Assembly: GCF_030144855.1 (NCBI RefSeq)
Contig: NC_082710.1
Coordinates: 153,078,001-153,142,000, forward strand
Length of the DNA: 64,000 bases
From: Hypanus sabinus
Lineage: Eukaryota
Direction of reading: 5' to 3'
The notes under the pieces were generated by a model. That model was not told the origin of the DNA and made no database searches. It was given only the letters and a program-made list of their open reading frames with translations. Position numbers and translations under genes: made by a program. This document shows positions 51,648 through 64,000 of the stretch, in pieces. The first letter of the stretch is position 1. Each line of letters starts with the position of its first letter.

Positions 51648-54333
51648 CAGGGGTCGGCAACCCGCGGCTCCAGAACCGCATGCGACTCTTTCATCTCTGT
51701 GCTGTGGCTCCCTGTGGCTTTGGAAAATAAATGATGAGTATTTAATTAAAATGTATTTTATGTTAGTTAGTTAGTTTTTGAAATGTAATTCTAAATTTGA
51801 AGATTATGGTGATCTTGTACAATCTAAATAAAACGTGTTTTTTGTCTCTATTAATATACGTCTCCACTGCCAATGCTGACTCCCGCCAGTGCGCGATTTC
51901 TTTAATTTTTCGATCCAAGGTAGGCTAACTATGGAGAATTCTAAAAAAAGAAAAGTGACTGAAGAAAACAGAACGTTTAATGATACGTGGGCAGATTCAT
52001 TTGCTTTCACTGCTGACGAGACTGGTTTACCGGTATGCTTAATATGCAATGAGAAACTAGGAAACAACAAAAAGTCAAAAGTCGCAAGACATTTCCAGAA
52101 TAAACACGCAGACTTTGCTCAAAAATATCCAGATGGAGATGAGAGAAAAAAGCCATTTCGGAACTAATACGAAAGGTTGATCTGAGCAAAAATCATTTCA
52201 AGAAGTGGATGAAGTCTGGAAAATCAACTACATATGCTAGTTTTGTTGCCGCTCAGGAAATAGTCAAGCACGGGAAGCAGTTTACAGATGGTGAATATAT
52301 AAAAGAATCTTTCATTAAGATTTCAGAACATCTATTCACGGACTTGAAAAACAAGAGTGAAATTGTGCAGAAAATCAGGGATATGCCCCTCTCTGCAAAG
52401 ACTGTCAAAGACAGAACCATAAAAATGGCCGAAGACATCACAAGACAGCAAATTAAAGACATCAATTCAGCTGTGGCCTACTCGATTGCCTGTGACGAGT
52501 CTAAAGACAAAGGTGATATTGAACAAATAGCGCTGTTCTGCCGGTATGTAAACTCTGCCGGGCCACAGGAAGAAATGATTGAGTTGGTACCTCTAAAAGG
52601 CCAAACACGGTGGGGGAGGACATCTGTGAGGCTGCATTGAATTGTTTAAGAGCCAAAGGAATAAAGACCACCCACCTGGTGTCAGTAGCTACTGATGGGG
52701 CACCAAGTATGATAGGAGCGTACAAGGGATTTGTGGCTTTACTGCAGAAGTCGCTGAACAGAAAGCTGCTGACTTTTCACTGCATCTTGCACCAAGAGGC
52801 ACTGTGCGCTCAAACATTTCCTCCGGAATGCACAGAAGTAATGGATGTTGTCATTCAGATTGTCAATAAAATAATGGCAAAAAGTGTAAATCACCGTCAA
52901 TTCCGTTTCTTACTGGACGAGCTGGAAAGCGCATATTATGATCTCATGCTGCACAACAAAGTCCGGTGGCTGTCCAGAGGGGAGGTGCTGAAACGCTTTG
53001 TCGCGTGCTGGAAGAAGTGAAAACTTTCCTGGGCAGCAAAGGGCTCACCTTTTCTGAGCTGGAACAGCCAGAGTGGCTGGAAAAGCTACACTTCATGGTA
53101 GACATGACAGCGCACCTGAACACGGTGAACACAGCTCTTCGGGGGAAAGGACGCACAGCCCTGCACATGTTGGAGGATCTTTTGGCATTCGAGCGCAAGT
53201 TGTCAGTGCTTGCCAGAGATTGACAGAAAGGCACATTGACTCACTTCCCCAATTTGAGAGAGCTCAAACAATCTCACGACATGATAAATTCGGAGTATTT
53301 ACATTCTGCAATCATCGCAATGCAAACATCGTTTGGGAAACGCTTCTGTGAGTTCAGAGAGGGAAAAAAACACATTATCCTTTCCGGTTACTCCCCTAAG
53401 CATCGATCCATCCCTACTGAATACGACTGCATTGGGAGGTGTGAGTCAACCTGATCTTGAGATGGAACTGGCCGACATAGCCGACAAAGACATATGGCTG
53501 TCCAAGTTTAGACGCTTGACAGCAGACCTTGAAGATGTTGCCCGTCAGAAGGCCGTTCTTGCTCAGAATCACAAATGGAGTGATATTGAAAACCTCCCCA
53601 ACCCGGACAAACTTGTGTTCCAAACATGGAATGCTATCCCCGACATTTATGTAAACATGAAAAAGTATGCGCTTGGAGTCCTGTCGATCTTTGGATCCAC
53701 ATATGTATGTGAGCAGGTGTTCTCCAACATGAACTTTATTAAAATCAAACATCGCGCATGCCTCACAGATGACAGCTTGCGATCCTGTGTAAAGATGAAG
53801 GTGACGTCATACAGCCCTGGTGTGCAGACGCTGTGCGCTGAGGTCCAGGAGCAGAAAACCCATTAACCAAAAATGATAAATATTTTAATTGCCTATTATT
53901 TTACGTATATTCATATTTTTTCATTGTTCAGTGAAATAGTCCTTTTATTTTTCAGGTTGACAGCTGGCTGACGTTATTTTTAGTTTGCTGCTGGCAGACA
54001 ATTTAAGTTCGGCGTTTTTCATAAATACAAGAAGGACTCAAATAGACATTGAGTATTTTACTTAAAAGTAACCTTCAACCCAACGTCTTTTTTTCGTAGT
54101 TCAAAATGTTTTTGCTATATTCAGAAATGTAATTTCGTTTTCTCTGCAGGTTCAGCGATTTCATAAATGCAACACATTATAGTTTGTTTATACATAGCAT
54201 AAAGGCAAAAAAACGTTGTATGCAGTGTTATTTCATTTTAAATGTCAAACGGGTTTTGTGGCTCCCAGTGCTTTCTTTTCTGTGGGAAACGGGTCCAAAT
54301 GGCTCTTTCAGAGTTAAAGGTTGCCGACCGCTG
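51648..54333 (+). mobile_element. Full-length hAT DNA transposon (Charlie/Buster group; GTF2IRD2/EPM2AIP1-like transposase), frameshifted
   Basis: TIRs caggggtcggcaacc (51648) and ggttgccgaccgctg (54333). Transposase pieces from ATG 51931 to 53866: BED-like CLIC...H, DES.D, TDGA, HCILHQEAL, VRWLS, FGSTYVCEQVFS. Inserted in a CR1 3' end with an imperfect 8-bp TSD (tcctagag / tcctaaac). Confidence 0.93.
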
Positions 54334-55114
54334 TCCTAAACTCTCCTGCTGATAAGAATATCTTCCCCATGTTCACTCAATCCAGACCTTTCAGTGTCCA
54401 GCAGATTTCAATGAGATACCCCGCCCTCCACCCATCCTTCTGAATTTCCTTACAAGCCAATAGAGATCAAGCACTCCTCATATATTGAGGAGAGAAGGAA
54501 GAATATGAGGAATGAGGAAGAAAAGGCAAGAGCAGGTAGTCAGAATTGGTTTTGAACCCAAGTAATGTAATCATTAATTACTAAGGAAGGTCTAATCTGA
54601 GACTGTGATTGTGACTGAGACTGTGGCGTGGTCAAAGGGAGGGTGGTAAGGGGGAGTACTACATTGTCAGTGGGGCAATGAACTGTGGAGGGGCAGGGAA
54701 TAGTTGTAGGGTACTGAAAGAGGAGCATTGCACAGTCAGTGGACGGATACCATTTGTCATCGGGGCAAGGTGCTTTGTTAGCTCTTGGGAATGCAATGAA
54801 GAAATGGCACTCCATCAGCAATCAGTTGCAATGCATTGGCAGGGAGTAGTTCAGAGGAATACAGTATGTGTTTTTCAGAATTAGAAAAGTACTTTGTAAT
54901 TTCATGATATACTACAAGTACCACATTAAATGAGAAGTGTAGGGAACAGTCGCTTCAAATAGGTAAAGAGGGGCTGCATCCTCATACACACCAAATACTT
55001 GTGATATATGGTCTCTTTCAGCCCACAGAAGTGACAAGCAGCTCGGAAACCTATCAGAGAGCTCTCTGTGTCAACATTGGGATATTGCTTTGTACTCTTG
55101 GTTCCTCACTGGGG

Positions 55115-55157
55115 ATGGAAAATATCATGGTCTTTGCGCTCTTGTTAGTGGTGGAAG
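55115..55157 (+). CDS. Candidate signal-peptide exon (copy A): MENIMVFALLLVVE(G)
   Basis: Upstream acceptor ctctttcag at 55020-55021, Kozak gggATGG, hydrophobic core, phase-1 donor AAG|gtagtg. The frame is preserved in copy B. Confidence 0.35.
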
Positions 55158-55523
55158 GTAGTGCTATAGTTCTAGAGGAAGAGGGTGAGCATACAAAGTG
55201 ACAACAATCTAAACACTTCCTGAACCTATTTACTACCCTGATCTAGAACCTGGCCTTTAAAGTACTTCCACTAATGGCTCATTTCCCCATAATCATTTTC
55301 CAGTTTATTTCACATCAATGAGGACCATAGGGCAAACCTTTCCAATTTTGTTATGATTCCCAGAGATTCCTTCTTAAGTTTTTATTCCCACTCCAACCCG
55401 GCTGATTACTTTTGGTCTCAGCATCTTGTGCTCCTGTTTCATGGATGTTGATGAAGAGTAAGAATTTCAAGTTGTACTCTGTATACATTCTCTGATATTA
55501 AATGAGCTCTTTATTTTTTAAAG

Positions 55524-55556
55524 AAAGCTTCCCCGCTGACTGTGCAGCTCACCAAG
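55524..55556 (+). CDS. Candidate 33-nt phase-1 mini-exon (copy A): (E)SFPADCAAHQ
   Basis: AG/GT bounded. The single difference from copies 1 and 3 (CCC vs CCT) is synonymous in the phase-1 frame. Confidence 0.35.
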
Positions 55557-56189
55557 GTACAACAATACTTTACCACGGCTCCACTGACCATACAGTGTTG
55601 AGCTGATACTTCACATCTAACAGCAGTTCTTTCACACTGTATGAAACTGATCTCATTCTCTTTTACCTCACTTTCCTTGCATATTCTAATTTTATCATTC
55701 TACTTCTTCTTTCCTCATATTGTGGTTCATACATTTCGTCTTTCTCGTTGCTCCTCTTTGTTTGCTATTTTGGGTGTTTTTGATCAGGGCAGCCTGCAGA
55801 TAATGAATTCATTTGAACTGAATATGGCTGGACTCTTTTCAATTTTATGTTTTAAATTCTGTGTTTTTTACTATTTTTGTTATTGCTGTGTCTGCATGGA
55901 GGGAGGTGTTGATGTTTTTCTTTGAACAGTTTCCATGGTTTTCTTTGTTTTATGGTTGTCTGTGGAGAAGACGAATCTTAGGGACATATACTTATGCTTT
56001 GTTCATAAATGCACTTTGAATCTGTTGCAGTGCTGGATTTCTGTACTGACCATTTACAACCAGAGCTGTGGCCCTTTTTGCTTTTTGCCCTGGATTTGCC
56101 TGCCTGCCACTTTTACTTTTCACCTTACTACTTTTTGCTTCTACCCTCATTTTACACCCCTCTGTCTCTCTGCACTTGTCCCCATCCCC

Positions 56190-56750
56190 CTGCCACAATA
56201 GTTTAAAACCTCCTGAACTGCACTAGCAAACGTTCCCCCTCGGACATTGGATCCAGTCCAGCCCAGGTGCAGACCGTCCTGTTTATTCTGTTCCCAACTC
56301 CCCCTGAACTGGTTCCAATGTCCCAGAAATTTGAATCCCTCCCCCTTGCATCATTTTTCAAGCCACGTATTCATCTGAAACATCCTCTTATTTCTACTCT
56401 GACTAGCACATGGTACTGGTAGTAATCCAGAGATTATTACCTTTGTGGTCCTACTTTTCAGTTTATCTCCGAACTTCCTAAATTCCCCTTGTAGTACCAC
56501 ATCCCGTTTTTTACCTATATCGTTGCTACCTATGTGTACCACAACCACTGGCTGTTCACCCTCCCAGTCCAGAATGTCCTGCAGCTGCTCAGAAGCATCT
56601 TGACCCTTGCACCAGGGAGGAAACATACCATCCTGGAGTCTCGTTTGTGGCCGCAGAAACGCCTATCTATTCCCCTTACAGTCAAATCCCCTATCACTAT
56701 AGCTCTCCCACTTCTTTTCCTTCCTTCCTGTGCCGCAGAGCCACACATGG
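56190..56750 (-). mobile_element. CR1 ORF1 (esterase-like) fragment between the duplicated units
   Basis: ORF 56351..56626: EGEQPVVVVHIGSNDIGKKRD...KVIISGLLPVP. Confidence 0.8.
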
Positions 56751-57067
56751 TGCATCAGTTGCAACACATTGGCAGGGTGTAGTTCAGAGGAACACTGTAT
56801 GTGTTTTTCAAAATTAGAAAAGTACTTTGTAAGTTCATTATCTACTACGAGTACTACATTAAATTAGAAGTGTAGGGAACAGTCGCTTCAAATAGGTACA
56901 GAGGGGCTGCATCCTCATACACACCATATACTTGTGATACATGATCTCTTTCAGCCCACCGAAGTGACAGGCAGCTCGGAAACCTATTACAGTGTGTCAA
57001 CATTGGGATATTGCTTTGCTTTGTTCAACATTGGGATATTGCTTTGTTCTCACGTTTCCTCACTGGG

Positions 57068-57110
57068 ATGGAAAATATCATGGTCTTTGGGCTCTTGTTA
57101 ATGGTGGAAG
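57068..57110 (+). CDS. Candidate signal-peptide exon (copy B): MENIMVFGLLLMVE(G)
   Basis: Acceptor at 56953-56954, Kozak gggATGG, donor AAG|gtagtg. 43 nt as in copy A. Confidence 0.35.
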
Positions 57111-57477
57111 GTAGTGCTATAGTTCTAGAGGAAGAGGGTGAGCATACAAAGTGACAACAATCTAAACACATCCTGAACCTATTTACTACCCTGATCTAGA
57201 ACCTGGCCTTGAAAGTACTTCCACTAATGGCCTATTTCCCCATAATCATTTTCCAGTTTTGTTTCACATCAATGAAGACCATGGGGCAAACCTTTCCAAT
57301 TTTGTTATGATTCCCAGAGATTCCTTCTTAAGTTTTGATTTCCCCTCCAACCCGGCCGATAACATTTGGTCTCAGCGTCCTGTGCTCCTGGTTCATGGAT
57401 GTTGGTGAAGAGTAAGAATTTCAGGTTGTACACTGTATACATTCTCTGATATTAAATGGGCTCTTTATTTTTTAAAG

Positions 57478-57510
57478 AAAGCTTCCCTGCTGACTGTGCA
57501 GCTCACCAAG
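57478..57510 (+). CDS. Candidate 33-nt phase-1 mini-exon (copy B)
   Basis: ttattttttaaag|...CAAG|gtacga, identical to copy 1. Confidence 0.35.
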
Positions 57511-57994
57511 GTACGACAATCCTTTACCATGGCTCCACTGACCATACAGTGCTGAGCTGATACTTCCCAGCAAACAGCAGTTCTTTCACCCTGTAGAAAA
57601 CTGATCTCATTCTCTTTTACCTCAATTTCCTTGCATATTCTAATTTTATCATTCTACTTCTTCTTTCCTCATAATGTGGTTCATACTATGATACATTTCT
57701 TCTTTCTGGTTGCTCCTCTTTGTTTGCTATTTTGGGTGTTTTTGAACAGGGCACCTGCAGATAATGAATTCAGTTGAACTGAATAAGGCTGGACTCTTTT
57801 CAATTTTATGTTTTAAATTCTGTGTTTTTTACTCGTTTTTTGTTGTTGCTGTTTCTGCATGGAGGGAGGTGTTGATGTTTTTCTTTGAACAGTTTCCATG
57901 GTTTTCTTTGTTTTATGGTTGTCTGTGGAGAAGACGAATCTTAGGGACATATACTTATGCTTTGTTCATAAATGCACTTTGAATCTTTGAATCT

Positions 57995-60900
57995 TGTATT
58001 AACGTTCTTCTTTATACTAACAGTTAGTCTATAGATTCGGACCTTTTATAATTTGATAATTCTTACCTGATGGCTGATAGTGTATTTTTTACACACTTAA
58101 GTAAAGGTCAGTTTTTTTTTGGTTTATTCTGAGTTCGTTCTTTTTATATTATTACTCTGTTAGTTTTGAAAGTAACTCATTAGATGCTTTTTTAAGTTTA
58201 TGTACACTTTTTATATCTTTAACGCTTAAATATTAAGGTTTTTTAAAAAAGAACTTTTTTCTAAGATGTCGTTTCTTTTGCCCATAAGACCTGAGTGCTT
58301 GGATACGTCACATCTGTTTGGATGTGTCTAAACAAGATTTAGGACTTTATCTTAAAATATTAATACAATATTATCCATTCTTGGGTTTTAATGTTTTAGT
58401 ATTTTTTTCTCTTAATTCTTTTGTTTAATATATATATAAAACACTAATTTTATAGTTTGATCTTTGTTATACTAACCCTTTTTTAAAATATGTGTGGTTT
58501 GTGTCTGTTTTGTTTTACTTTTGAGTTTTACTTTTGAGTTGCCGTCTTGAGACGTGAGGGTAGAATTAGTATTAGTTTGTCTGCTTGCCCCTTTCTGGCG
58601 TTTTTTCTGGGGTTTTGAGGGTGGGGGGAGGGGGATTCTTTTTTTGCTTTGCTTCTTGCTTAGTTCTACTTCATGGGCTGACTCGAAAGTACAAAAATGA
58701 TTGGAGTGTCGTAACTCCTTGAACTTACTTCCCTCTTCCTGATTCCGGAGTTCATCTTTTTTTTAACCTTATGTGTTAACTGTGATAAATATTGGCAATA
58801 TGGATAAGATTATTAATTTTGTTTCTCAGAATACTAATGGTTTAAATCATCCAATCAAACGGAGAAAAATATTCAAAGAATATTCCACAGAATGAATGCT
58901 AATATTATCTTTGTACAAGAGACTCATGTGAGGAAGGTGTATAGTCAACGTTTTTTTAGGTTTTGAAAAGAAAAACAGTAGCATTTGAACTCCCAAGTCA
59001 AAGTAAGAGGCTTTTCCATTTTTATAGATTCTTCAACCTCTTTTATACACTATGAAACAATTTCGGATCCAAAAGGTAGATTTTTGCTTCTCACTGGTTT
59101 ACTTTTTAATCATAAAGTTATTTTAGTTAATGTCTATGCTCCAAACACTAACTGTCCTGAATTTTTTAAGTGTTTATTTACATCCTTTCCTAATATAAAT
59201 GAGTACATGTTGATAATGGGTGGGGATTTTAACTGTTGCTTAAATCCTTCAATGGATAGATCTAAGCCCACCCAGGTTTTTCTGAATAAATCGGACTCTC
59301 TTATTAACTCCTTTATGGTCAATTCTGGAATTTCTGAAATTTGGCAATTCTTACACCCCAACGATAAAGAATTTTCATACTTTTCTCATGTTTATCATAA
59401 TTATTCAAGAATTGACTACTTCTTTATTGATCATCATTTACTTACAGATGTTATTGATTGTAAATATGATTCCATTACCATTTCTGACCATGCACCTTTG
59501 AAGCTATCTATTAAGACAATGGATTCATCTTCTAATGCTAAATCTTGGAGGTTCAACTCCACTTTACTTCAGGACTCAGACTTTCTTAACCTCATTAAAC
59601 AACAAAGTGATTTGTTTTTTTTCAACAAATTATACAGAAGAGATCTCTAGTGGAATATTATGGGACACTTTTAAAGCATTTATTCACGGACAGATTATTT
59701 CATATTTTGCTGGAGTTAGGAAACGAACCAATACTGAAATACTAACATTGGTCAATAAAATTAAAGAAATTGATAGGATTTATTCAGTGACCCTCAGTAA
59801 AGAACTTTATGAAAAGAGAGTTGAACTTCAAATGGAGCATAGTTTGTTATTATCCTCTTCGATTGAAAATCAGTTAATTAAATCTAGAACCCAGTTTTAT
59901 GTACATGGAGATAAATCTGGCAAATTATTGGCTAATCAATTGAAAACTGCTTCGGTTAAATGACAAATCATTAAGATTCGTAAACGAGATGGCACTTTGA
60001 CGATTGATTATAAAGAGATAAATAAACCTTTACAAGATTTTTATAATTATTTATATCAATCAGAATTTGTTGAGGACTCTTCCATAATGGATGATTTTTT
60101 AAGAAAATTGAATATCCCGAAATTAACAGCAGAAGATGGTGTACTTCTAGAAGCACCTATTATGGAAACCGAAATAAAAGAGGCTATTTTTTCAATGAAT
60201 TCAGGTAAATCCCCTGGTCCGGATGGTTATACTGCAGAATTTTTAAAATCCTTTTCTTCTATACGCTCTCCTTGGCTTTATAAAATTTTTAAAGATGCGT
60301 TAACTGTAGGTAAATTACCACAATATTTTTATGATGCTTCCATTTCTCTAATTCTTAAAAAAGATAAAGACCCCACTGAATGTGCATGCTATTGGCCTAT
60401 ATCCTTGCTGAATACGGATTCTAAGATTTTTACCAAAATTTTGGCCACCAGATTAGAAAATATATTACCTCAAATTATCTCTGAAGACCAGACTGGATTT
60501 ATTAAAAACCGCTACTCATCTTTTAGCAGCAGAAAATTAATTAATATAATTCATACTCCTTCATCTAAAATACCAGAATTTGTTATTTCCTTAGATGCTG
60601 AAAAAGCATTCGATAGAGTTGAATTGTTATATTTATTTAATACGTTGCAGAATTTTAATTTTAGTTTGAAATTTATATCATGGATTAAATTAATATATTA
60701 TAAACCTTTGGCTTCAGTTCTTACCAATAATCGGAGATCTCCCTTTTTTCAGTTATCCCATGGTACGAGGCAAGACTGTCCTTTAAGTCCTTTATTATTT
60801 GACATTGCTTTGGAACCTTTAGCCATTGCCATTCGTGAATCACCTAATATTTTTGGTATTACCCGTAGGGAAGGGACTTAAAAGTTATCATTATATGCTG

Positions 60901-62891
60901 ATGATTTGTTACTATGCATATCTGACCCTGAGAGATCTATTCCTGTTATTTCATTCTTGTTTGCTCAGTTCAGTTGTTTTTCTGGTTACAAACTGAATTT
61001 TAATAAGAGTGAACTATTTCCATTAAACATGCAAGTTCCAATTTATAAACACTTACCATTTAAAGTTGTTACAGATCATTTTACTTATTTGGGTATTAAA
61101 ATTAGCAAGAAATATAAGGATTTATTTAAAGTTAATTTTTTTTTACCTTTAATTGACCAAATCAAGCAACTTGTTACCAGCTGGTCCCCATTATCTTTGT
61201 CATTGGTTGGTCGAATTAATGCTTTTAAGATGATGGTATTACCCAAATTTTTATATTTATTCCAAGCATTACCAATTTTTATTCATAAATCTTTTTTTGA
61301 TATTATTGACTCCAAAATATCCTTGTATGTGTGGCAGAATAAAAATCCTAGATTAAGTAAAAAATATTTACAGAAGCCTAAGAATGAGGGTGATTTGGCT
61401 TTGCCAAACCTAAGATTTTACTATTGGGCAGTCAATATTCGATATTTAATATTTTGGACACAAGAATTGATTATAGCATCTTCCCCACAATGGGTAAATT
61501 TGGAATGTAAATCTGTACAAGACTTTTCATTGTTTTCTATTTTAGGATCTTTGCTTCCTTTTGCTTTATCTAAATTGAATAAACAAATAACTAATCCTAT
61601 AGCTAAACATACATTACAAATATGGTTTCAATTTCATAAATTCTTTTGCTTGAATAAGTTTATCTTATCAAGCCCTATTATATCTAACTTTTTTTCAGCC
61701 CTCTTTTATGGATCAAGCTTTTGTATTATGGAAAACAAAAGGTGTAACATGTTTTCGTGATCTATTTTTAGATAACAATTTTATGTCCTTTGAACAGCTA
61801 TCTAATAAATATAATTTGCCTAAAACTCATTTTTTAGATACTTGCAAGTTTGAAATTTCTTGAATAGTATGTTACAGTCTTTTCCGAAATAATGTCCAAT
61901 GGACATTACGGAAAAACTTTTAGCTCTGAATCCTTGCCAGAAGGGTTTAGTAGCTACCATTTATCATCGGGTCATGAAAATACACCCAGAAGTATCAGAG
62001 AAAATTAAGAGGGAACGGGAAAAAGAACTTCATTGTCTTATACCCACTGAGCAGTGGGAGAAAATTTTACAATTAGTCAATTCTTCTTCTATTTGTGCTA
62101 AACATGCCCTAATACAATTTAAGGTTGTACATAGGGCTCATATGTCCAAGGATAAACTTGCTCGATTTTATTCTTATGTTAATCCAACCTATGACAGATG
62201 TCATTCTGAAGTTGCTTCATTGACCCACATGTTTTGGTCTTGCTCTTGCTTGCAAAATTATTGGAAAGATATTTTCGGTACTATTTCAACAGTTCTGAAT
62301 ATCAAATTGCAACCGCATCCTATTACTGCAATTTTTGGTTTACTAATGGTGGATAATAGTTGTTTATCCCCCTCAGCCCAGGGGATGATTGCATTTGTTA
62401 CACTAATGGCTAGAAGATCTGTCCTATTGAACTGGAAAGAAATTAATCCTCCAACTATATTTCAGTGGTTTTCTCAAACTATTTCTTGTTTGAGTTTAGA
62501 AAAAAAATTAGAAGTGTTGTCTTTGATCCTTCAGTTAAATTTGAAGAAACTTGGAGACCATTTATTCAACATTTTCATGAGTTAAACTGACTTTTCCTAA
62601 ACCTTACTTTTATTATCCTTAATTATTTGGATGGAGGTGTGGAGTTATTGATGCTTCTGTGCATATTTGACATAATGCAATGGCCCATGTTGGTTATGTT
62701 TTTTTTTTCTTTTTTTGTTTTTTTTTTCTTATTTACTCCATTTTTCATAATTACTATGAGTTTGGGAGGTTATTATATATGGATTATCATCTATTTGTAT
62801 TTATACCTTAACCTATTAATTATGTACTCTGAAGCTCTCTGTATTCATGTTTTATTTTTGTTTGTTTACAATTAATAAAAAGATTTTAAAA
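57995..62891 (+). mobile_element. 5'-truncated L1-like LINE (inter-ORF region, APE-RT ORF2 fragments, 3' UTR) with 14-bp TSD
   Basis: TSD gaatctttgaatct at 57981-57994 and 62892-62905. ORFs 58985..59650 (APE), 59997..60881, 60906..61760 and 61899..62585. Same family as the minus-strand copy at 18-24 kb. Confidence 0.95.
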
Positions 62892-64000
62892 GAATCTTTG
62901 AATCTGTTGCAGTGCTGGATTTCTGAACTGACCATTTACAACCAGAGCTGTGGCTTGCTGATGTCATGTTACTTTCTGATTCACAAAGTAATATTTGACT
63001 GACTGTTTCTTTGCTTTCTGGTTTCAGAATAAAGTGACCACGAGTTTCTCATCTTGTGAGCCTTCGACAGACCCATCATGTTGAAGAGTCTTGGCCCAAA
63101 ACTTTGACTGTTTATTTCCTTACATAGGTCCTGGTGTCAAGCTGAGTTCCTCCAGCTTTTTGTGTGTACATGTCCATCTTTCAAGGCTTTTCCTCTGTGT
63201 TCAGCTCCTCTTGGTAAACACACGCCCCACTTTGTCATTACATGCATCATCCTTCCCATGCTGGGATGAATTTTGACAGTTTGGTGTCTAGCTGACTCAT
63301 TATCCCAGGAAGTGAACTGGGGGTCCAGAGTATGGATGGTGTATGACAGCAAGACATAAGCGTGGGATCCAGCCTTTCTGCCCATCGAGATTGCCATTCA
63401 GTTATGGTTGATTTATTTTTCCCCCTCAAGTCCATTCTGCCTTCTCCCTATAACATTTAATGTACTTTCTCATCAAGGACTTCATCATCTCTGCTTTAAA
63501 TATACCCAAGTTACTTGACCTCCACAGCTGTCTGTGGGAATGTCTACAGCCAGAGTTTGGGGACCTGACTGTGGATAATGTGTGTGGCTGGAGCCAAGAA
63601 TGAAGTCTGGAACACCAGAGGGTGAACTATGAACTCTTTGCTTCACTTTTGCTTTGTTGCCAAGGTACTGTGCAGAAACACAAAATTTGTAGTAGGAAAA
63701 GGAATAACGACATACTGTTTGCAGACCATTAAGAAATTGGATCATGGAGAACCTGTTCCTGAATTGCTTAGTGAGGATTTTCAGACTTCTCGACATCATC
63801 ATAGTCTCTCCATTGCCAGCACATCCCATAATGTGGTAATCACCAAGTGTGGCCTAACCAATCTTGTAAAGTTGCAACATAATGTACCAACTTTTATATT
63901 CTGTGCCAAGACCCAGGAAGGTAACCCTGTCATGTGCCTTCTTCATCACTCTATGGATCTATGCAGCAATTTCAGGGAACATTTGTAGGGGAACCTAGTT

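Larger units (their letters stand above)
54821..56072 (+). repeat. Tandem segmental duplication unit A (~1.25 kb)
   Basis: Colinear, with scattered substitutions and indels, to 56754-57994 plus 62892-62954. Confidence 0.95.
56754..57994 (+). repeat. Tandem segmental duplication unit B (continues 62892-62954 after the L1 insertion)
   Basis: Homologous to unit A. It includes an extra internal duplication of caacattgggatattgctttg at ~56997-57046. Confidence 0.95.

Noticed and set aside
51889-53866. ORFs similar to the domesticated genes GTF2IRD2/EPM2AIP1
   Set aside because: Bounded by TIRs, inserted in a CR1, and broken by several frameshifts and stops, so a transposon rather than a host gene.

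Overview
Repeat-dense vertebrate genomic DNA, most of it transposon-derived. The mix of CR1, Rex1/Babar, L1-like, Penelope, Gypsy, hAT and V-SINE elements suggests a cartilaginous fish, probably a ray (inference). The one well-supported host gene is a highly divergent, non-classical MHC class I-like gene on the minus strand. I found its leader exon (13151-13226), alpha1 exon (4345-4593) and alpha2 exon (1605-1850, ending in a GC donor), all phase-1 compatible. Its alpha2 lacks the second canonical cysteine and is about 10 residues short, and most peptide-anchoring residues are lost. No alpha3 or transmembrane exon is visible in the window. At 50-63 kb a tandemly duplicated ~1.25 kb unit carries a candidate plus-strand split leader (43-nt signal-peptide exon plus 33-nt phase-1 mini-exon); the mini-exon is present in three copies. 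The rest consists of nested retroelements and two hAT elements, several with readable TSDs, TIRs or a PBS. All alignments were done by eye; no database searches were run.
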